This document shows positions 19,084-30,589 of a stretch of DNA of 64,000 bases, in pieces. This DNA comes from Nostoc sp. DedSLP01. GTDB lineage: Bacteria > Cyanobacteriota > Cyanobacteriia > Cyanobacteriales > Nostocaceae. Position 1 is the stretch's first letter, and each line of letters opens with the position of its first letter. The DNA lies in contig JAVRCJ020000005.1 of assembly GCA_034530875.2 (NCBI GenBank), forward strand, positions 273,903 through 337,902, given 5' to 3'. The translations under genes and the position numbers were made by a program. The notes below the pieces were generated by a model that saw nothing but the letters and a program-made list of their open reading frames with translations, had not been told where the DNA came from and made no database searches.

Positions 19084-19247
19084 TCATCGCCTATTGGACA
19101 TCGCGCATTAAGCATTAATTCTTGGTAACTCTCTAATGACTGATGACCAATGACCAATGACTAATGACTAATGACCAATCCGGTAAATATACCCATCAAT
19201 TTGTTCAGGCTGAGCATTTTTCCTTTTGACAATTTGATACTAATATT

Positions 19248-19279
19248 TTTAGCCTCCTAAGGTCACTTTGGAGGCTAAA
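19248..19279 (+). terminator. Hairpin, possible terminator of the ABC1/pphA unit
   Basis: TTTAGCCTCC-N12-GGAGGCTAAA inverted repeat. Confidence 0.45.
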
Positions 19280-19766
19280 TTTCCATAAATTGGTAAATTG
19301 ACTTCTTGCACGTAATGAGGTAAAGCGACTATAATTCACGCTTATCACCATTTATTCTCATACCTCCTTCAACTCCCCGGCTTGGAAAGCTATCTCCACA
19401 TAGGGGAAGGAATTATCTTAGTTTTTCTTAACCAGGGAAACTATAGAACATTAGGCATTACACCTAATTTTTTCCAAGCATCAAGGGGTAAGGAGAGTAG
19501 ATATACCCATTTAAGACAAAATAGCGTCTATTTTCTGGAATATGACTCGATCGACTTGAGTGGTATATCAGTGGGATTAGGTGCAAGATATCAAATCGCA
19601 AAAATTCCACACTTAGGATGTGGGCAATCTGTCAAACACTTGTTATCTTTCTTAATACGGAGGAACAAATGCTGGACAGATAGAAGTCCAAATACTATTG
19701 CATTTGGACTTCTGTGAGAGATATCACCTTATTTAACCTTTACGCTTTGTTTTCTCGGAGTTAATT

Positions 19767-19964
19767 ATGAATCAACCAATGAAACTATCCTTAGAACAGC
19801 AATTCAGCATCTGCTCCTTTGCAACTCAAGTACAGCACATGAGTCACGAACAAGCCAAAGACTTTTTAGTGAAGCTGTACGAGCAAATGGTAGTGCGCGA
19901 GGCAACTTATCAAGAGCTTCTGAAGCATCAGTGGGGCTTAGATTCGGGTTCCACTATGGCATAG
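19767..19964 (+). CDS. nblA: Phycobilisome degradation protein NblA
   Basis: LSLEQQF, QVQHMSHEQAKDFLVKLYEQM...LLKHQWGL. GGAG RBS upstream. Confidence 0.95.
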   Translation: MNQPMKLSLEQQFSICSFATQVQHMSHEQAKDFLVKLYEQMVVREATYQELLKHQWGLDSGSTMA

Positions 19965-20446
19965 AATCTTCTGATGTCGCAGTGGGCGACCTCCTTCTCT
20001 TGCTTGGTTCCAACGGAGGAAAAGAGCTGGGGATGTCGGGGCGTCAACTCCGATAAACAACTCAACAAAACCCACTCTGGGGAAAAAATTTTTAACTCAC
20101 AAAATTAATCAAGAATAACTAAGGTTCTCAACTAGGTATTTGTCGATCTACAGATTTAACTTGGGATTCAAGCCCAAACATACTGCCTACTTTAGCCAAA
20201 CTTCCTCTTGTTTAGTTTAGTGCGAGAATCACACCTGCGTAAATTTATACTAATTTATCCTATGTACACAGGAATACCACTAGATGTTTGAGAAAGCCTA
20301 ACTTTTGCAGCCAGTACTTTCACTATTTATACATATAACTAGAAGTTAGATCCAAATATATAATTTGTTTATAAAAATTTACAATTTTTGAATTCATGCT
20401 CTTTTGTTACAAAACAAAGATGTAACATTAACATGAAAAAATCTTC

Positions 20447-22003
20447 TTAACTCGAAAGATCGTATGGAGAATCAGTATCAATACTTTCGAGTTTAACTAG
20501 GATTTGAGGTTTAATCTTTTCGTATTCGTTTTTGAGTAAGTTTTTACTAATCTGCGGGTCAGCAGAGGATATAAAGGTATTGCTGATTTTGACCCACTCT
20601 TGCAGGCGTTGACGTTGGGCAGGAGCGATGCTGGAAAGTAGGATATGACTACAGCGACTTGGTGCTTCTCGTGCAAAAAATAACAGACGGTAGTAGCCTG
20701 TTTGCTGGAGCAGGCGAGAAATTTCTTGTCCAAGACTGGTTTTGAGGTCGAGATAGTAATGTAGCCATTTAGGGCCGTACTTGCGGTTGTAAATGACAGT
20801 AATCCACAACAGCATCGGATGGGGGACAGAGATAAACAGAAATTGATTGTAGCGGGTACAAACCAAGCGCTTTTGAATTTCCTGTTGGGGTAGCATTACC
20901 CACAAAGCTGGTAAAGTCTCGCCATTTGTATGTACGGGTTGAGGAAAGACAATATCAGCAATTGGTTTATTTTTCGGCCAGGAAATGCTGTTGGTAATTT
21001 CCTGGTTCGAGGAGGCGATTTGCAAATCAGTTTTCGTTTTTTGCTCAACCTCAGCGCTGACAGCCAATGTCGCAGGAACTAGTGCATAGTTGTTTTGTTT
21101 AATTTTACGCGTGCGATCGGATTGCTCTAGAGATGTTAAAGTCTTCAGAATTTCACTAATGCTTTGCGGGCGATCGCGTGGTACTTTGGCTAGACAACTC
21201 ATCACCAAATCTTCTATTTCTTGTGGTAGTTCTAAAGCAGGCGAAACCTCACTAAAAGAACGTGGCTTTTGATAGTGATGAGTTTTATACCATGCTCCAA
21301 AAGAATGAGTAGGTGCTACCAGTGGCATTTTGCCTGTGAGCATCTCAAACATCATTACGCCCAAACTATAAATATCAGAACGGTTGTCTAATTCTTTACC
21401 CTCCATCTGTTCGGGAGAAGAATAAGCCAGCGTTCCCAAATAAAATTTTGTATGGTCGCCATCTGAGAGTAATAACTTAGCAATCCCAAAGTCGAGAACC
21501 TTGACTAGTTCCCCAAAACTCGGGTCTTGAATTACCAGCATATTGCTGGGCTTGACATCGCGATGGATAATCGGGCAAATTGTCCCCTCAACTGGAATCC
21601 CATCATGAGCGCACTGTAAACCCAGGCTCAGTTGACGCGCCATACTGAGAAATCTTGGTAAAGGCAATGGTTGCTTGCGAATAATATTGTTTAAGCTTTG
21701 TCCTTGTAAATATTCCATGACGTAGAACGGAGTATCATTGTCATCTACGCCATAGTCCATTACTCGGACTATATGAATACTTTTTTGCCCTAGCAAAGCA
21801 CAAGTTTTAGCTTCTCGCTCAAAGCGGTCTTGCAGTCGCATCTTTTCATTTTGGATTGATAGGGCGAGGAACTTGACAGCAACAGGTACACCACCCAACA
21901 AAATATCTTTAGCACGATAAACTCGACCCATTGCTCCGGTACCGATTAATTCCTGGAGTTGGTAGCGTTTGCTCAGTAACCGACCAATGTTGGGGTCTGA
22001 CAT
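20447..22003 (-). CDS. Hanks-type Ser/Thr protein kinase with a C-terminal domain of unknown function
   Basis: IGTGAMGRVY, VAVK, HRDVKPSN, DFGIAK, GTLAYSSPEQ, SDIYSLG. Confidence 0.95.
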   Translation of the reverse strand: MSDPNIGRLLSKRYQLQELIGTGAMGRVYRAKDILLGGVPVAVKFLALSIQNEKMRLQDRFEREAKTCALLGQKSIHIVRVMDYGVDDNDTPFYVMEYLQGQSLNNIIRKQPLPLPRFLSMARQLSLGLQCAHDGIPVEGTICPIIHRDVKPSNMLVIQDPSFGELVKVLDFGIAKLLLSDGDHTKFYLGTLAYSSPEQMEGKELDNRSDIYSLGVMMFEMLTGKMPLVAPTHSFGAWYKTHHYQKPRSFSEVSPALELPQEIEDLVMSCLAKVPRDRPQSISEILKTLTSLEQSDRTRKIKQNNYALVPATLAVSAEVEQKTKTDLQIASSNQEITNSISWPKNKPIADIVFPQPVHTNGETLPALWVMLPQQEIQKRLVCTRYNQFLFISVPHPMLLWITVIYNRKYGPKWLHYYLDLKTSLGQEISRLLQQTGYYRLLFFAREAPSRCSHILLSSIAPAQRQRLQEWVKISNTFISSADPQISKNLLKNEYEKIKPQILVKLESIDTDSPYDLSS

Positions 22004-22661
22004 AGAAAAGACTCTAAAAACAGATTGTAAGTGTTTATAAGTAAAAATACGTTCTAATTCATACAGCAGAATTGTTGAATTCAGAATACAGAATTCAACT
22101 TTGAGTCCTTACAAAGAGAACTCAAACTATAACAAACCCATTTTGCGACCAAGACGGCTCTTACAACTGGTGCAACATCTTAGTCAAACAGGTAAAAAAG
22201 GTAAATGTATACTGAACTTTTTTGTACTATTCCGAACTTTAATTATGATGTAGTTTTAGTTTGCCCAGTTTTGACTAAATAAATAACTCTCAGATCTGCC
22301 AAAACCCCACTTGCACAACTAGAAGCTTTTAGCTGTTTAGCAGTAGAACCACAGTGGCGTACTATCTGCTACCAATGAAAGAAATACTTTCTTTCCCTAT
22401 CCCCATACTTCTATGTTTCTTAACAGTCATACCAATTTGTAAAAAATGTGATAAATACAGTGGATAGGGACGCATAGCTGTGGTAACTTACAAACTATTT
22501 ATGTCTGGCAACAATTGTGGTAATTGTTATCAGATAATATTTCTCGTTATCGTGAGTTATAAGATAGGGCGCACACATAAGTATACGCCCCAGATAAATT
22601 GCTATACCTTAGGGTATTGAGAAGTGCTATATATGACAACCCTATTAAAAAACTGATATTA

Positions 22662-23675
22662 CTAATTAGTTGTTTTTCTTTTTTTCTCTAAGTTATAAGA
22701 AATATGAAAAACTGATTTATCGCCTGTCATATAGTATTGAATTCGACGTTTAATTATATTGCTGATTCGGAAAGTAAAATAATAAAAAAAGTCGGGATTT
22801 TTCACCATTTCTTGAAATGCTGTTAACCATTTTCCTTCTTTTAAAGGCTCTATAACTTGAAAGTAAGCAAGATTTTTTTTATAAACTTTAAGATTATGAG
22901 ATAAAGCACGCATTAAAGCTGGATTTTTTTGCACAGCTTCTTTTTGCATGAAAGAATTGGTAGCTTTGCAGCTTTGATTCAGACGTGGCAATCGGCTTTG
23001 ATGTACGAGGGAGCCAGGGCGCGAGAGATAGAAGTAATAGGGTTTTGGCACAAGAAAAAAGCGAGCTCCTTCGATTAAGCATTTCATATCAAGCCAAAAA
23101 TCTTGACCCATTCTGATGGCTTCATCATATTCAATGCCATGCTGAACCAAAAATTCTCGTTTGAATAGTGGCTTACTTAAACCAAGATGCAAGCCTGGTT
23201 GTCCATAAATATCAGTTTCTACAAAATAAACGATATCAATTTGGGTAATTTTATCTATATTTTCTCCGCTTTCTTGAATCAATGTACTCCAAGGAGACGT
23301 TTCGCCATCGTTGATTAAATAAAGGTCGTCAGCAATCATGTCTGCATTTTTTTCGTATGCTAGCGACACAAGCTTTTCTAATCTTTCAGGAGCGTACCAA
23401 TCATCTGAATCAAGGACAGCAATCCATTCGCCTTGGGCTGCTTTGAGGGCGCGATTACGCGCACCAGCAGCCCCAAGGTTTTTTTCATTCACTATCACTT
23501 TGAGACGTGGATCGGTAATACTTTTAGCAACTTCTACAGTTCGATCGCTGGAAGCATCATCAACAACGATTACTTGAATATCAGTAAGTGTTTGGTTTAA
23601 AGCAGACTCGATCGCTTTCTCAATATAAGCCTCAGTATTATAAGCAGGAATAATTATAGATACTTTAGGATTCAC
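22662..23675 (-). CDS. Glycosyltransferase family 2
   Basis: VSIIIPAYN, VVDDASSD, GAAGARN, VLDSDD, GQDF. Confidence 0.92.
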   Translation of the reverse strand: MNPKVSIIIPAYNTEAYIEKAIESALNQTLTDIQVIVVDDASSDRTVEVAKSITDPRLKVIVNEKNLGAAGARNRALKAAQGEWIAVLDSDDWYAPERLEKLVSLAYEKNADMIADDLYLINDGETSPWSTLIQESGENIDKITQIDIVYFVETDIYGQPGLHLGLSKPLFKREFLVQHGIEYDEAIRMGQDFWLDMKCLIEGARFFLVPKPYYFYLSRPGSLVHQSRLPRLNQSCKATNSFMQKEAVQKNPALMRALSHNLKVYKKNLAYFQVIEPLKEGKWLTAFQEMVKNPDFFYYFTFRISNIIKRRIQYYMTGDKSVFHISYNLEKKRKTTN

Positions 23676-24075
23676 GAATATTAATCTCCTGACGACATTG
23701 TTACGTAAAAATACTAAAGCTTTAACATAACTGAATTATTCTTTTTTTTACTATATACCTAAGTAAGTTAATGAAAACTAAACACGAATTTTTAATATCG
23801 AGTCTGGAATTTTCGACATTTGTAGCCCTCAAGTGTTACGAGTCCGTCACTGCAAGCCATGTTTGCAACTTAAAGAAATGGTGAAGCAGCCGATTTTATC
23901 CGGTGTTTCTACGCCACTTCCTCCTGTAAATTCCAGAAGCTCTAACTCGGATGCAAGTTCCCTGGCTAATAACAGGTAGTGTCTGGTTAAAATATTTTTA
24001 CTAATCAATGTAGAAAATAAATAATTTACATTATTTAATATAATTTGTTTTGTTTGTAATTAGTTACCTAATAGC

Positions 24076-24522
24076 TCAGATTGGCTGACGTTCGAGGCTA
24101 GCTTCCATTGTGTTAGTTAAAAAATGACCGCCCATGATTCCACTACTGAGGTAGTATGTATCTTCTGAAAGTCGGTGCAGGGTTTCAAAGCCACTACGAC
24201 GCTGACGATCGCCTAGTACCCAGTAACGTTGCACAATGGTGTCTAAACCAATCCAGCCCTCGCCTTCAACCTGTCCCCAAATATTATGTTGTAGTAAAAA
24301 AGTATACTGACGTTCTCCATCGTGCAGGCGTCCCTTGTATACTAAGGAAATTTCCGAGCGATCGCTACCTGGAAAGATCAGCTTTGTGGCCATAGTAAAC
24401 CAGTTATCTCGATTCCAAGCGACTAAGGTCATACCCTTGACACTGATTGGCATACCATTACGTTCCAACCAATTTCCTTGTATTTTCCAGCGTCCTGATT
24501 CTAATAAAAAAGTATGAGCCAC
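24076..24522 (-). CDS. Conserved hypothetical protein (predicted beta-rich)
   Basis: 148 aa ORF with ATG start and AGAAGG upstream. Resembles a conserved cyanobacterial MAHTFLLE.G.W family. Confidence 0.7.
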   Translation of the reverse strand: MAHTFLLESGRWKIQGNWLERNGMPISVKGMTLVAWNRDNWFTMATKLIFPGSDRSEISLVYKGRLHDGERQYTFLLQHNIWGQVEGEGWIGLDTIVQRYWVLGDRQRRSGFETLHRLSEDTYYLSSGIMGGHFLTNTMEASLERQPI

Positions 24523-24686
24523 CTTCTATATTTCCTGTCTGCGCTCGAGTACCGCCAAGACTACAGTTATAGCAGTGCTGAATGGGGCATTGGGCATTGG
24601 GTATTGAGCATGGGCAAAGGGAAAGGGGAAAGGTTAAATTTATCCCTTTTCCCTTTTCCCTTTAACCTTTTCCCTCATCTCCCCAT

Positions 24687-25928
24687 TTAGCACTGGTAAA
24701 TTTCTCCTAAAAGAACTTCACCAGGTGCTCCGGTGGCAGTTGGTAGGTTGCCAGGAATGCCCAAATGTCGCCAGTAGGCTAAAACTGCAAAGGCGATCGC
24801 TTCTTTAAAATCTGCACTCAAGCCGACTTCATCTGTAGTCAAAACTGGTATTGATGATAATAATAACTGTAATCTTTGTTTCAAAAAAAGATTGCGACTA
24901 CCGCCACCGCATAACAACACCCGTTGGGGCATTTCTGGCAGAAAAGTTTGATAACTATGAGCAATTGAAGCAGCTGTTAGTTCTGTGAGAGTTGCCAATA
25001 TGTCAGCAGCATTGAGTTCGTATGCTTGGGCATCTTTTAAACACTGCTCCAGATATGCCACACCGAATAACTCTCGACCAGTGGATTTGGGCGGTGGCAG
25101 ATGAAAGTAGTCTTGTTTGAGCCATTGTTCTACCAATGGATAGCAAGGAGTACCACTCGCTGCCCAGTTACCATCTTCATCGTAAGTTTTAGCACCAGCG
25201 CTCAAATGCTGCACTGCCAGATCTAACAGACTATTTCCGGGGCCAGTATCCCAACCGCGAATTTTTGACAGCCAGTCGCCATACCGGGGTGGAATATAAG
25301 CGACATTACCAATACCCCCAATGTTTTGGACGCAACGCCCCTCCTGGGGATGGCTGAGTAAATAGGCATCCACTCTCGGAACCAGAGGCGCACCATGTCC
25401 GCCAATTGCGATATCAGCAGCACGGAAATTGCTCACAGTTGTAATACCCGTCAAATGAGCAATTAAGGCACCGCGTCCTAGTTGGAGGCTATAGCCTAGT
25501 AGGGAGTGGGGAGTAGGGAGTGGGGAGTAGGGAATATTTTTGTTTCCCATTCCCCATTCTCCATTCTCTATTCCCCATTTTCCAACAGGCCGATGATAAA
25601 CCGTCTGACCGTGGGAGCCAATTAAATTAGCTCCTTGGTGACCGTGTTGAATATTTTGGGCAGCTTGGGCAAAACTAAAGGCGATCGCATCATCTATTAG
25701 AGCCAATTCTGCCATCGATATGGCATCACCCGCACAAAGTGCCAATATTTTTTCTCTGAGTTCAGCTGGATAAGGATATGTTTGCCCAGCTACCAACTCA
25801 ATTTTCAGATCCAATTCTTGACCGGAAATCTCTACCAAGGCAGCGTCTATACCATCTACAGATGTGCCACTAATTAAACCGATAACACGAGTAGGGATAG
25901 CAGCTTTTTCGCTCGGATGCATTGACAA
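24687..25928 (-). CDS. anmK: Anhydro-N-acetylmuramic acid kinase
   Basis: [57 protein letters not shown]. Confidence 0.95.
   Translation of the reverse strand: MSMHPSEKAAIPTRVIGLISGTSVDGIDAALVEISGQELDLKIELVAGQTYPYPAELREKILALCAGDAISMAELALIDDAIAFSFAQAAQNIQHGHQGANLIGSHGQTVYHRPVGKWGIENGEWGMGNKNIPYSPLPTPHSLLGYSLQLGRGALIAHLTGITTVSNFRAADIAIGGHGAPLVPRVDAYLLSHPQEGRCVQNIGGIGNVAYIPPRYGDWLSKIRGWDTGPGNSLLDLAVQHLSAGAKTYDEDGNWAASGTPCYPLVEQWLKQDYFHLPPPKSTGRELFGVAYLEQCLKDAQAYELNAADILATLTELTAASIAHSYQTFLPEMPQRVLLCGGGSRNLFLKQRLQLLLSSIPVLTTDEVGLSADFKEAIAFAVLAYWRHLGIPGNLPTATGAPGEVLLGEIYQC
25500..25583. repeat. Inverted heptamer STRR arrays inserted in frame in anmK
   Basis: (AGGGAGT/GGGGAGT)n-spacer-(TTCCCCA)n, translated as [29 protein letters not shown]. 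Confidence 0.85.
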
Positions 25929-26190
25929 ATATTCTATTTTGGATTAACAACGGTAGTTTAACAGCTAACAGTCAAAACTTACCAGTATTTGCGCCAGCGA
26001 TCGCATCTTTAGGACAGAGTAGAAAGCTGAGAATGTTCTTTATATTCACATATAATCCGTCTTTGGCGCTAAAATCAGCATTTTATTTGCTAGTTATCTG
26101 CTGGTTAATATTTATGCATAAAACGGCCGGCTTCGTGAGAAGAAGTGTATATGATAGAAAAGTAGATAAAACTTAAAAAATATTTATCGA

Positions 26191-27606
26191 ATGCTGATTC
26201 AATCATCTGGCTTATCCAAGGTAAAAGATTCAGTAACAGAAAAAATCTTTTTGGGCAATGAACCAAATGCCGAGTTAATTGCAATTCTCGCAGTTTACTT
26301 TGTGCAAGGAATTTTAGGCTTATCGCGTCTAGCTGTAAGCTTTTTCCTCAAAGATGAACTGTTATTAAGTCCAGTCCAAGTGTCGGCCTTGTTGGGGGCT
26401 GCCTTCCTACCTTGGATGATTAAGCCAGTGTTTGGTTTTATCTCTGATGGCTTGCCGATATTTGGTTATCGCAGGCGTCCTTATTTGATTTTATCGGGGA
26501 TACTCGGAACTATTGCTTGGGTGAGTTTAGCAACAATAGTTCATACTCCTTGGGCAGCGACGATAGCCATCACCCTTAGTTCTTTTTCGGTTGCCATGAG
26601 TGATGTCATCGTTGACTCACTGGTTGTAGAACGAGCTAGAGGCGAATCACAAGCAAAAGCCGGTTCATTACAATCTCTATGTTGGGGTAGTTCTGCGATC
26701 GGAGGTTTGATAACAGCATACTTTAGCGGGCTGTTGTTGGAATACTTTACTGCTTCAACTGTCTTTTGGATTACCGCCTCATTTCCTCTAATTGTCTCGG
26801 CGGCGGCTTGGTTGATTGCTGAATCCCCCATCACCAAAGATACTAAAGATGCTAATCAAACAAACGCCTTAACAATCAAACATCAACTGAGCCAGTTACG
26901 CCAAGCCATCACCCAAAAAACAATTTGGCTACCAACGGCATTTATATTCATTTGGCAAGCGACTCCCAATGCTGACTCAGCCTTTTTCTACTTCACTACC
27001 AATGAATTACACTTTGAACCGGAATTCTTGGGACGAGTGCATTTAGTAACAAGTTTCGCTTCTTTAGCAGGTGTTTGGATTTTTCAACGTTTCCTCAAAA
27101 GCATTCCTTTTCGTGTGATTTTTGTTTGGAGTACCCTGCTTTCCTCAATTTTGGGGATGACAATGCTGTTATTAGTGACTCACACGAATCGGCTGTTGGG
27201 TATAGATGACCGTTGGTTTAGTTTGGGCGATAGTCTTGTTCTCTCTGTGATGGGGAAAATTGCCTTTATGCAAGTGATGGTTCTAGCAGCAAGGCTTTGT
27301 CCTTCTGGAGTAGAAGCAACATTATTTGCCTTGTTAATGTCGGTGTTCAATTTAGGAGGAAGTATTTCCCAGGCATTTGGGGCATTAATTACACATTGGT
27401 TGGGAATCACAGCAACAAATTTTGATTTGCTTTGGCTGTTGGTGCTAATTACTAACCTCAGTACGCTCTTACCTTTACCGTTTGTCAATTGGCTACCCGC
27501 TGCTGAAGAGGAAATTCAGATATCAAAAGATGAGCAACAAGGATTTTTGCCTGATTTAATGTCTGGGTTAGTACTCAGAGAATCAGAGTCGGAAGTAGTT
27601 GAGTAA
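26191..27606 (+). CDS. Folate/biopterin (BT1/FBT) MFS transporter
   Basis: YFVQG, PWMIKPVFGFISD, YRRRPY, DVIVDS, LCPSGVEATLFALLMS. Confidence 0.93.
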   Translation: MLIQSSGLSKVKDSVTEKIFLGNEPNAELIAILAVYFVQGILGLSRLAVSFFLKDELLLSPVQVSALLGAAFLPWMIKPVFGFISDGLPIFGYRRRPYLILSGILGTIAWVSLATIVHTPWAATIAITLSSFSVAMSDVIVDSLVVERARGESQAKAGSLQSLCWGSSAIGGLITAYFSGLLLEYFTASTVFWITASFPLIVSAAAWLIAESPITKDTKDANQTNALTIKHQLSQLRQAITQKTIWLPTAFIFIWQATPNADSAFFYFTTNELHFEPEFLGRVHLVTSFASLAGVWIFQRFLKSIPFRVIFVWSTLLSSILGMTMLLLVTHTNRLLGIDDRWFSLGDSLVLSVMGKIAFMQVMVLAARLCPSGVEATLFALLMSVFNLGGSISQAFGALITHWLGITATNFDLLWLLVLITNLSTLLPLPFVNWLPAAEEEIQISKDEQQGFLPDLMSGLVLRESESEVVE

Positions 27607-27685
27607 TACTTTATCTGTAGAAATTTTGTACGGTAAAAAATTTATACGTTACCGTACAGATAATTTTTATAACTTAATTTATACA

Positions 27686-27760
27686 CGAAAAAGCACTTGA
27701 GAGTTTTGCCCACCCAAGCGCTTCTCCGTAAAAGTTTGTACCAACTCACTAGTTTGATGC
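27686..27760 (-). ncRNA. Candidate small RNA ending in an orphan intrinsic terminator
   Basis: Minus-strand stem AAGCGCTTGGG/CTCAAGTGCTT followed by a T-run, with no minus-strand ORF upstream. The 5' end is a guess. Confidence 0.3.
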
Positions 27761-28445
27761 AACATTTGTAATCTGCAACACTCTCTTAGGAAGGAGGATT
27801 GCGGGGATAACTTGTGACAAACATGTGGTGAAATGGTATCACTCCTTGCACTAGTTAAGAATATCTCTTCTGCGATCTAACTAATGTTCTGGTGAGTGAC
27901 AGTTTGTCAACTGACACTAGTTAAAAAGGACTCATTGTGAAGAGTAGCTAAAAATACTAAACAATAATGTAGCAAATTTATAAAAAGACTATAAAAACTG
28001 AGAATTGATTGGCGATCGCCTGAGTTCGAGTAAAAATAAAATACCTCAAATTTTGCGGCAGATGTAATGTCAATGACCCGTAGTAAATTCTAATAAGGAT
28101 GAGAATAAGGGGCTAAGAACTAGGAAATAATTGTTTTAACAGCTAATACTCAGTATCCAATCTTCAATCCCCAGTACCTAATACATGAATCGACGTTCTA
28201 GGTATATGGTAAGATTAACTTCCTGGAACAGAGGTATTATCTGAGTTAAAGTCTCATATAAATAAACTGCAAATGTCAAGCTGACAGTTGATTAGCTCCT
28301 ACGAGAGTTTGACTATAGACTTGGAAAATACACAGCAAGAATGGTGACCAGCTGAGTGTAATTTGTAGAGAAAAATCTAGAATTTGCTACCAGACTTAAC
28401 CAATTTCCGACAATTTTGACTTTTATTTGACTTTAGGATAGACAC

Positions 28446-29597
28446 ATGAACGATAAGCTGATGCTGATGATTCCTGGCCCAACTCCAGTGCCAGAAGCTG
28501 CTTTGCTGGCATTAGCCAAGCATCCGATTGGACACCGTACTAGTGAATTTAGCAACATCTTGGCAGAGGTGACGGAAAACCTCAAGTGGCTGCACCAAAC
28601 TCAAAGTGATGTACTGATGCTGAATGTCAGCGGTACGGGTGCTGTAGAAGCCGGGATAATTAATTTTCTCTCTCCAGGCGATCGCATTTTAGTTGGTTCT
28701 AATGGTAAGTTTGGCGAACGTTGGGTAGAAATCGGTCAGGCTTACGGTTTGAATGTAGAAGAAGTAAAGGTTGAATGGGGAAAACCTTTAGATCCCCAAG
28801 TATTTGCCGAAAAACTCCAAGCAGATAGTAAAAAAGAAATCAAAGCTGTAATTGTTACCCACAGCGAAACTTCAACAGGCGTGTTGAATGACCTAGAAAC
28901 CATCAACCGCCACGTCAAAGAACACGGTGAAGCTTTAATTATTGTTGATGCCGTAACTAGCTTGGGTGCGTTCAATCTCCCCGTTGATGCCTGGGGTTTG
29001 GATGTAGTCGCTTCTGGTTCCCAAAAAGGTTATATGATTCCACCGGGATTGGGTTTCGTCTCTGTTAGTCCTAAAGCTTGGGAAGCTTACAAAACTGCGA
29101 AATTACCGAAGTATTATTTGGATTTAGGTAAATATCGCAAATCCGCAGCCAAAAATACAACCCCATTTACTCCCCCTGTAAACATGATTTTCGCGCTGCA
29201 CACTACTTTGCGAATCATGAAAGAAGAAGGCTTAGAATCAATATTTAGCAGACACGAACGGCTGAAAAATGCTACTCGCGCTGCTATCAAAGGATTGAAC
29301 TTGCCTCTATTTGCAGCAGATAGTTATGCTAGTCCGGCAATTACAGCTGTAGCGCCACACGGAATTGAATCGGATAAAATTCGATCGTTGATAAAAAAAC
29401 GTTTTGATATTGCTCTAGCAGGCGGACAAGACCATCTAAGTAACAAAATTTTCCGCATTGGTCACTTGGGTTTTGTGAGCGATCGCGATATCCTCAGCTG
29501 CATAGCATCCTTAGAAGTTACCCTCAGAGAACTTGGCTATGAAGACTTCACCCCTGGAGCAGGTGTAGCAGCAGCAGCTAAAGTCTTTACAGAATAG
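28446..29597 (+). CDS. Class V PLP aminotransferase (alanine-glyoxylate/serine type)
   Basis: LMIPGPTPVP, HSETSTG, IVDAVTS, SGSQKG (PLP lysine), FRIGHLG. Confidence 0.93.
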   Translation: MNDKLMLMIPGPTPVPEAALLALAKHPIGHRTSEFSNILAEVTENLKWLHQTQSDVLMLNVSGTGAVEAGIINFLSPGDRILVGSNGKFGERWVEIGQAYGLNVEEVKVEWGKPLDPQVFAEKLQADSKKEIKAVIVTHSETSTGVLNDLETINRHVKEHGEALIIVDAVTSLGAFNLPVDAWGLDVVASGSQKGYMIPPGLGFVSVSPKAWEAYKTAKLPKYYLDLGKYRKSAAKNTTPFTPPVNMIFALHTTLRIMKEEGLESIFSRHERLKNATRAAIKGLNLPLFAADSYASPAITAVAPHGIESDKIRSLIKKRFDIALAGGQDHLSNKIFRIGHLGFVSDRDILSCIASLEVTLRELGYEDFTPGAGVAAAAKVFTE

Positions 29598-29641
29598 TCA
29601 TTAGACATTGGGCATTGTCAATCAACAATTAGACTAATGAC

Positions 29642-29693
29642 ATACAAATAAAAAGAGCGAGTTAATGATTTTACTCGCTCTTTTTATTTGTAT
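29642..29693. terminator. Bidirectional intrinsic terminator
   Basis: Perfect 21 bp inverted repeat ATACAAATAAAAAGAGCGAGT / ACTCGCTCTTTTTATTTGTAT between convergent genes. Confidence 0.85.
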
Positions 29694-29884
29694 ATAAATG
29701 AGTAAAAACCGCTAGAGATAATTTTGCCATATATCAACCTTTGGATAAGTTAGAGTGGATATGACATACCTCAATTCTTTTGAATGAGCTATTCATAAAC
29801 TACCCTCGGTTTAATTTACAGCCAGTTAATAACCAACAAACTAGCACGATCGCCTTTCCTCCTTTTGAGTTTTAAATGACCAAA

Positions 29885-30076
29885 CTATGCAGTTTCTAGC
29901 CAATCATAAATTTGCTCTAACTGCTCTAGAGTAATCAATCCATACTGCCAAAGAATCATTGGTAAAGGCCCTGGATCTTGCTCTCGATGGCGGAGTGCCA
30001 CTGCTAGTGAAGCTGTGGAAATTGCCATATCTTCTTGCAAAAAATGAATAAGTCGAGAATATTTCGATGGTGACAT
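29885..30076 (-). CDS. DUF2949-family small protein
   Basis: LIHFLQEDMAIS...PLPMILWQYGLITLEQLEQIYDWLE, with a GGAGG RBS. Confidence 0.85.
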   Translation of the reverse strand: MSPSKYSRLIHFLQEDMAISTASLAVALRHREQDPGPLPMILWQYGLITLEQLEQIYDWLETA

Positions 30077-30589
30077 TTGTATCTCACCTCCTTGTGCAGA
30101 ATGTATTGTCATATATCAGTTCACCATTAGTTGCTAGCCACTAGCCAATATTCGATCTGTCACTATGCCGCTATGAGCCATATATCTATACCCAATCTTC
30201 TCAATCTGCTTGAAAAATAGGCTTTTTATGAGAATTTGGGAAATCAAAATTTGTAAAAGTTATTTGCTTGAGATTCAAGTAGTATTTTTACCTAGTTAAA
30301 CTGACTCCTTCTTATTTACTTTTGTGCTTGAGTTAATTACACATCTAGTTATCAAGATTCCATAGCCTATACTCACCTATCGGCAACTATTTACACTTAC
30401 GTCTAAGGGAATATTTTTACAACCAAACCTTAAAACTGCGGTTTCAGCTTTAAGACGATGGAATTTTACACGATCGCCACAGTTTTTAAATATTAGCCTC
30501 ACAATTGAGTTTTTACCACATTAAGTCACTTTTTTTACAAAAAAAACATAGATTTTGATACTTAGAGCTGGAAACAAACCACCAGAGTC

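Noticed and set aside
19382..19717. 111 aa ORF upstream of nblA
   Set aside because: TTG start, no recognisable motif, and it overlaps the expected nblA promoter and leader region.
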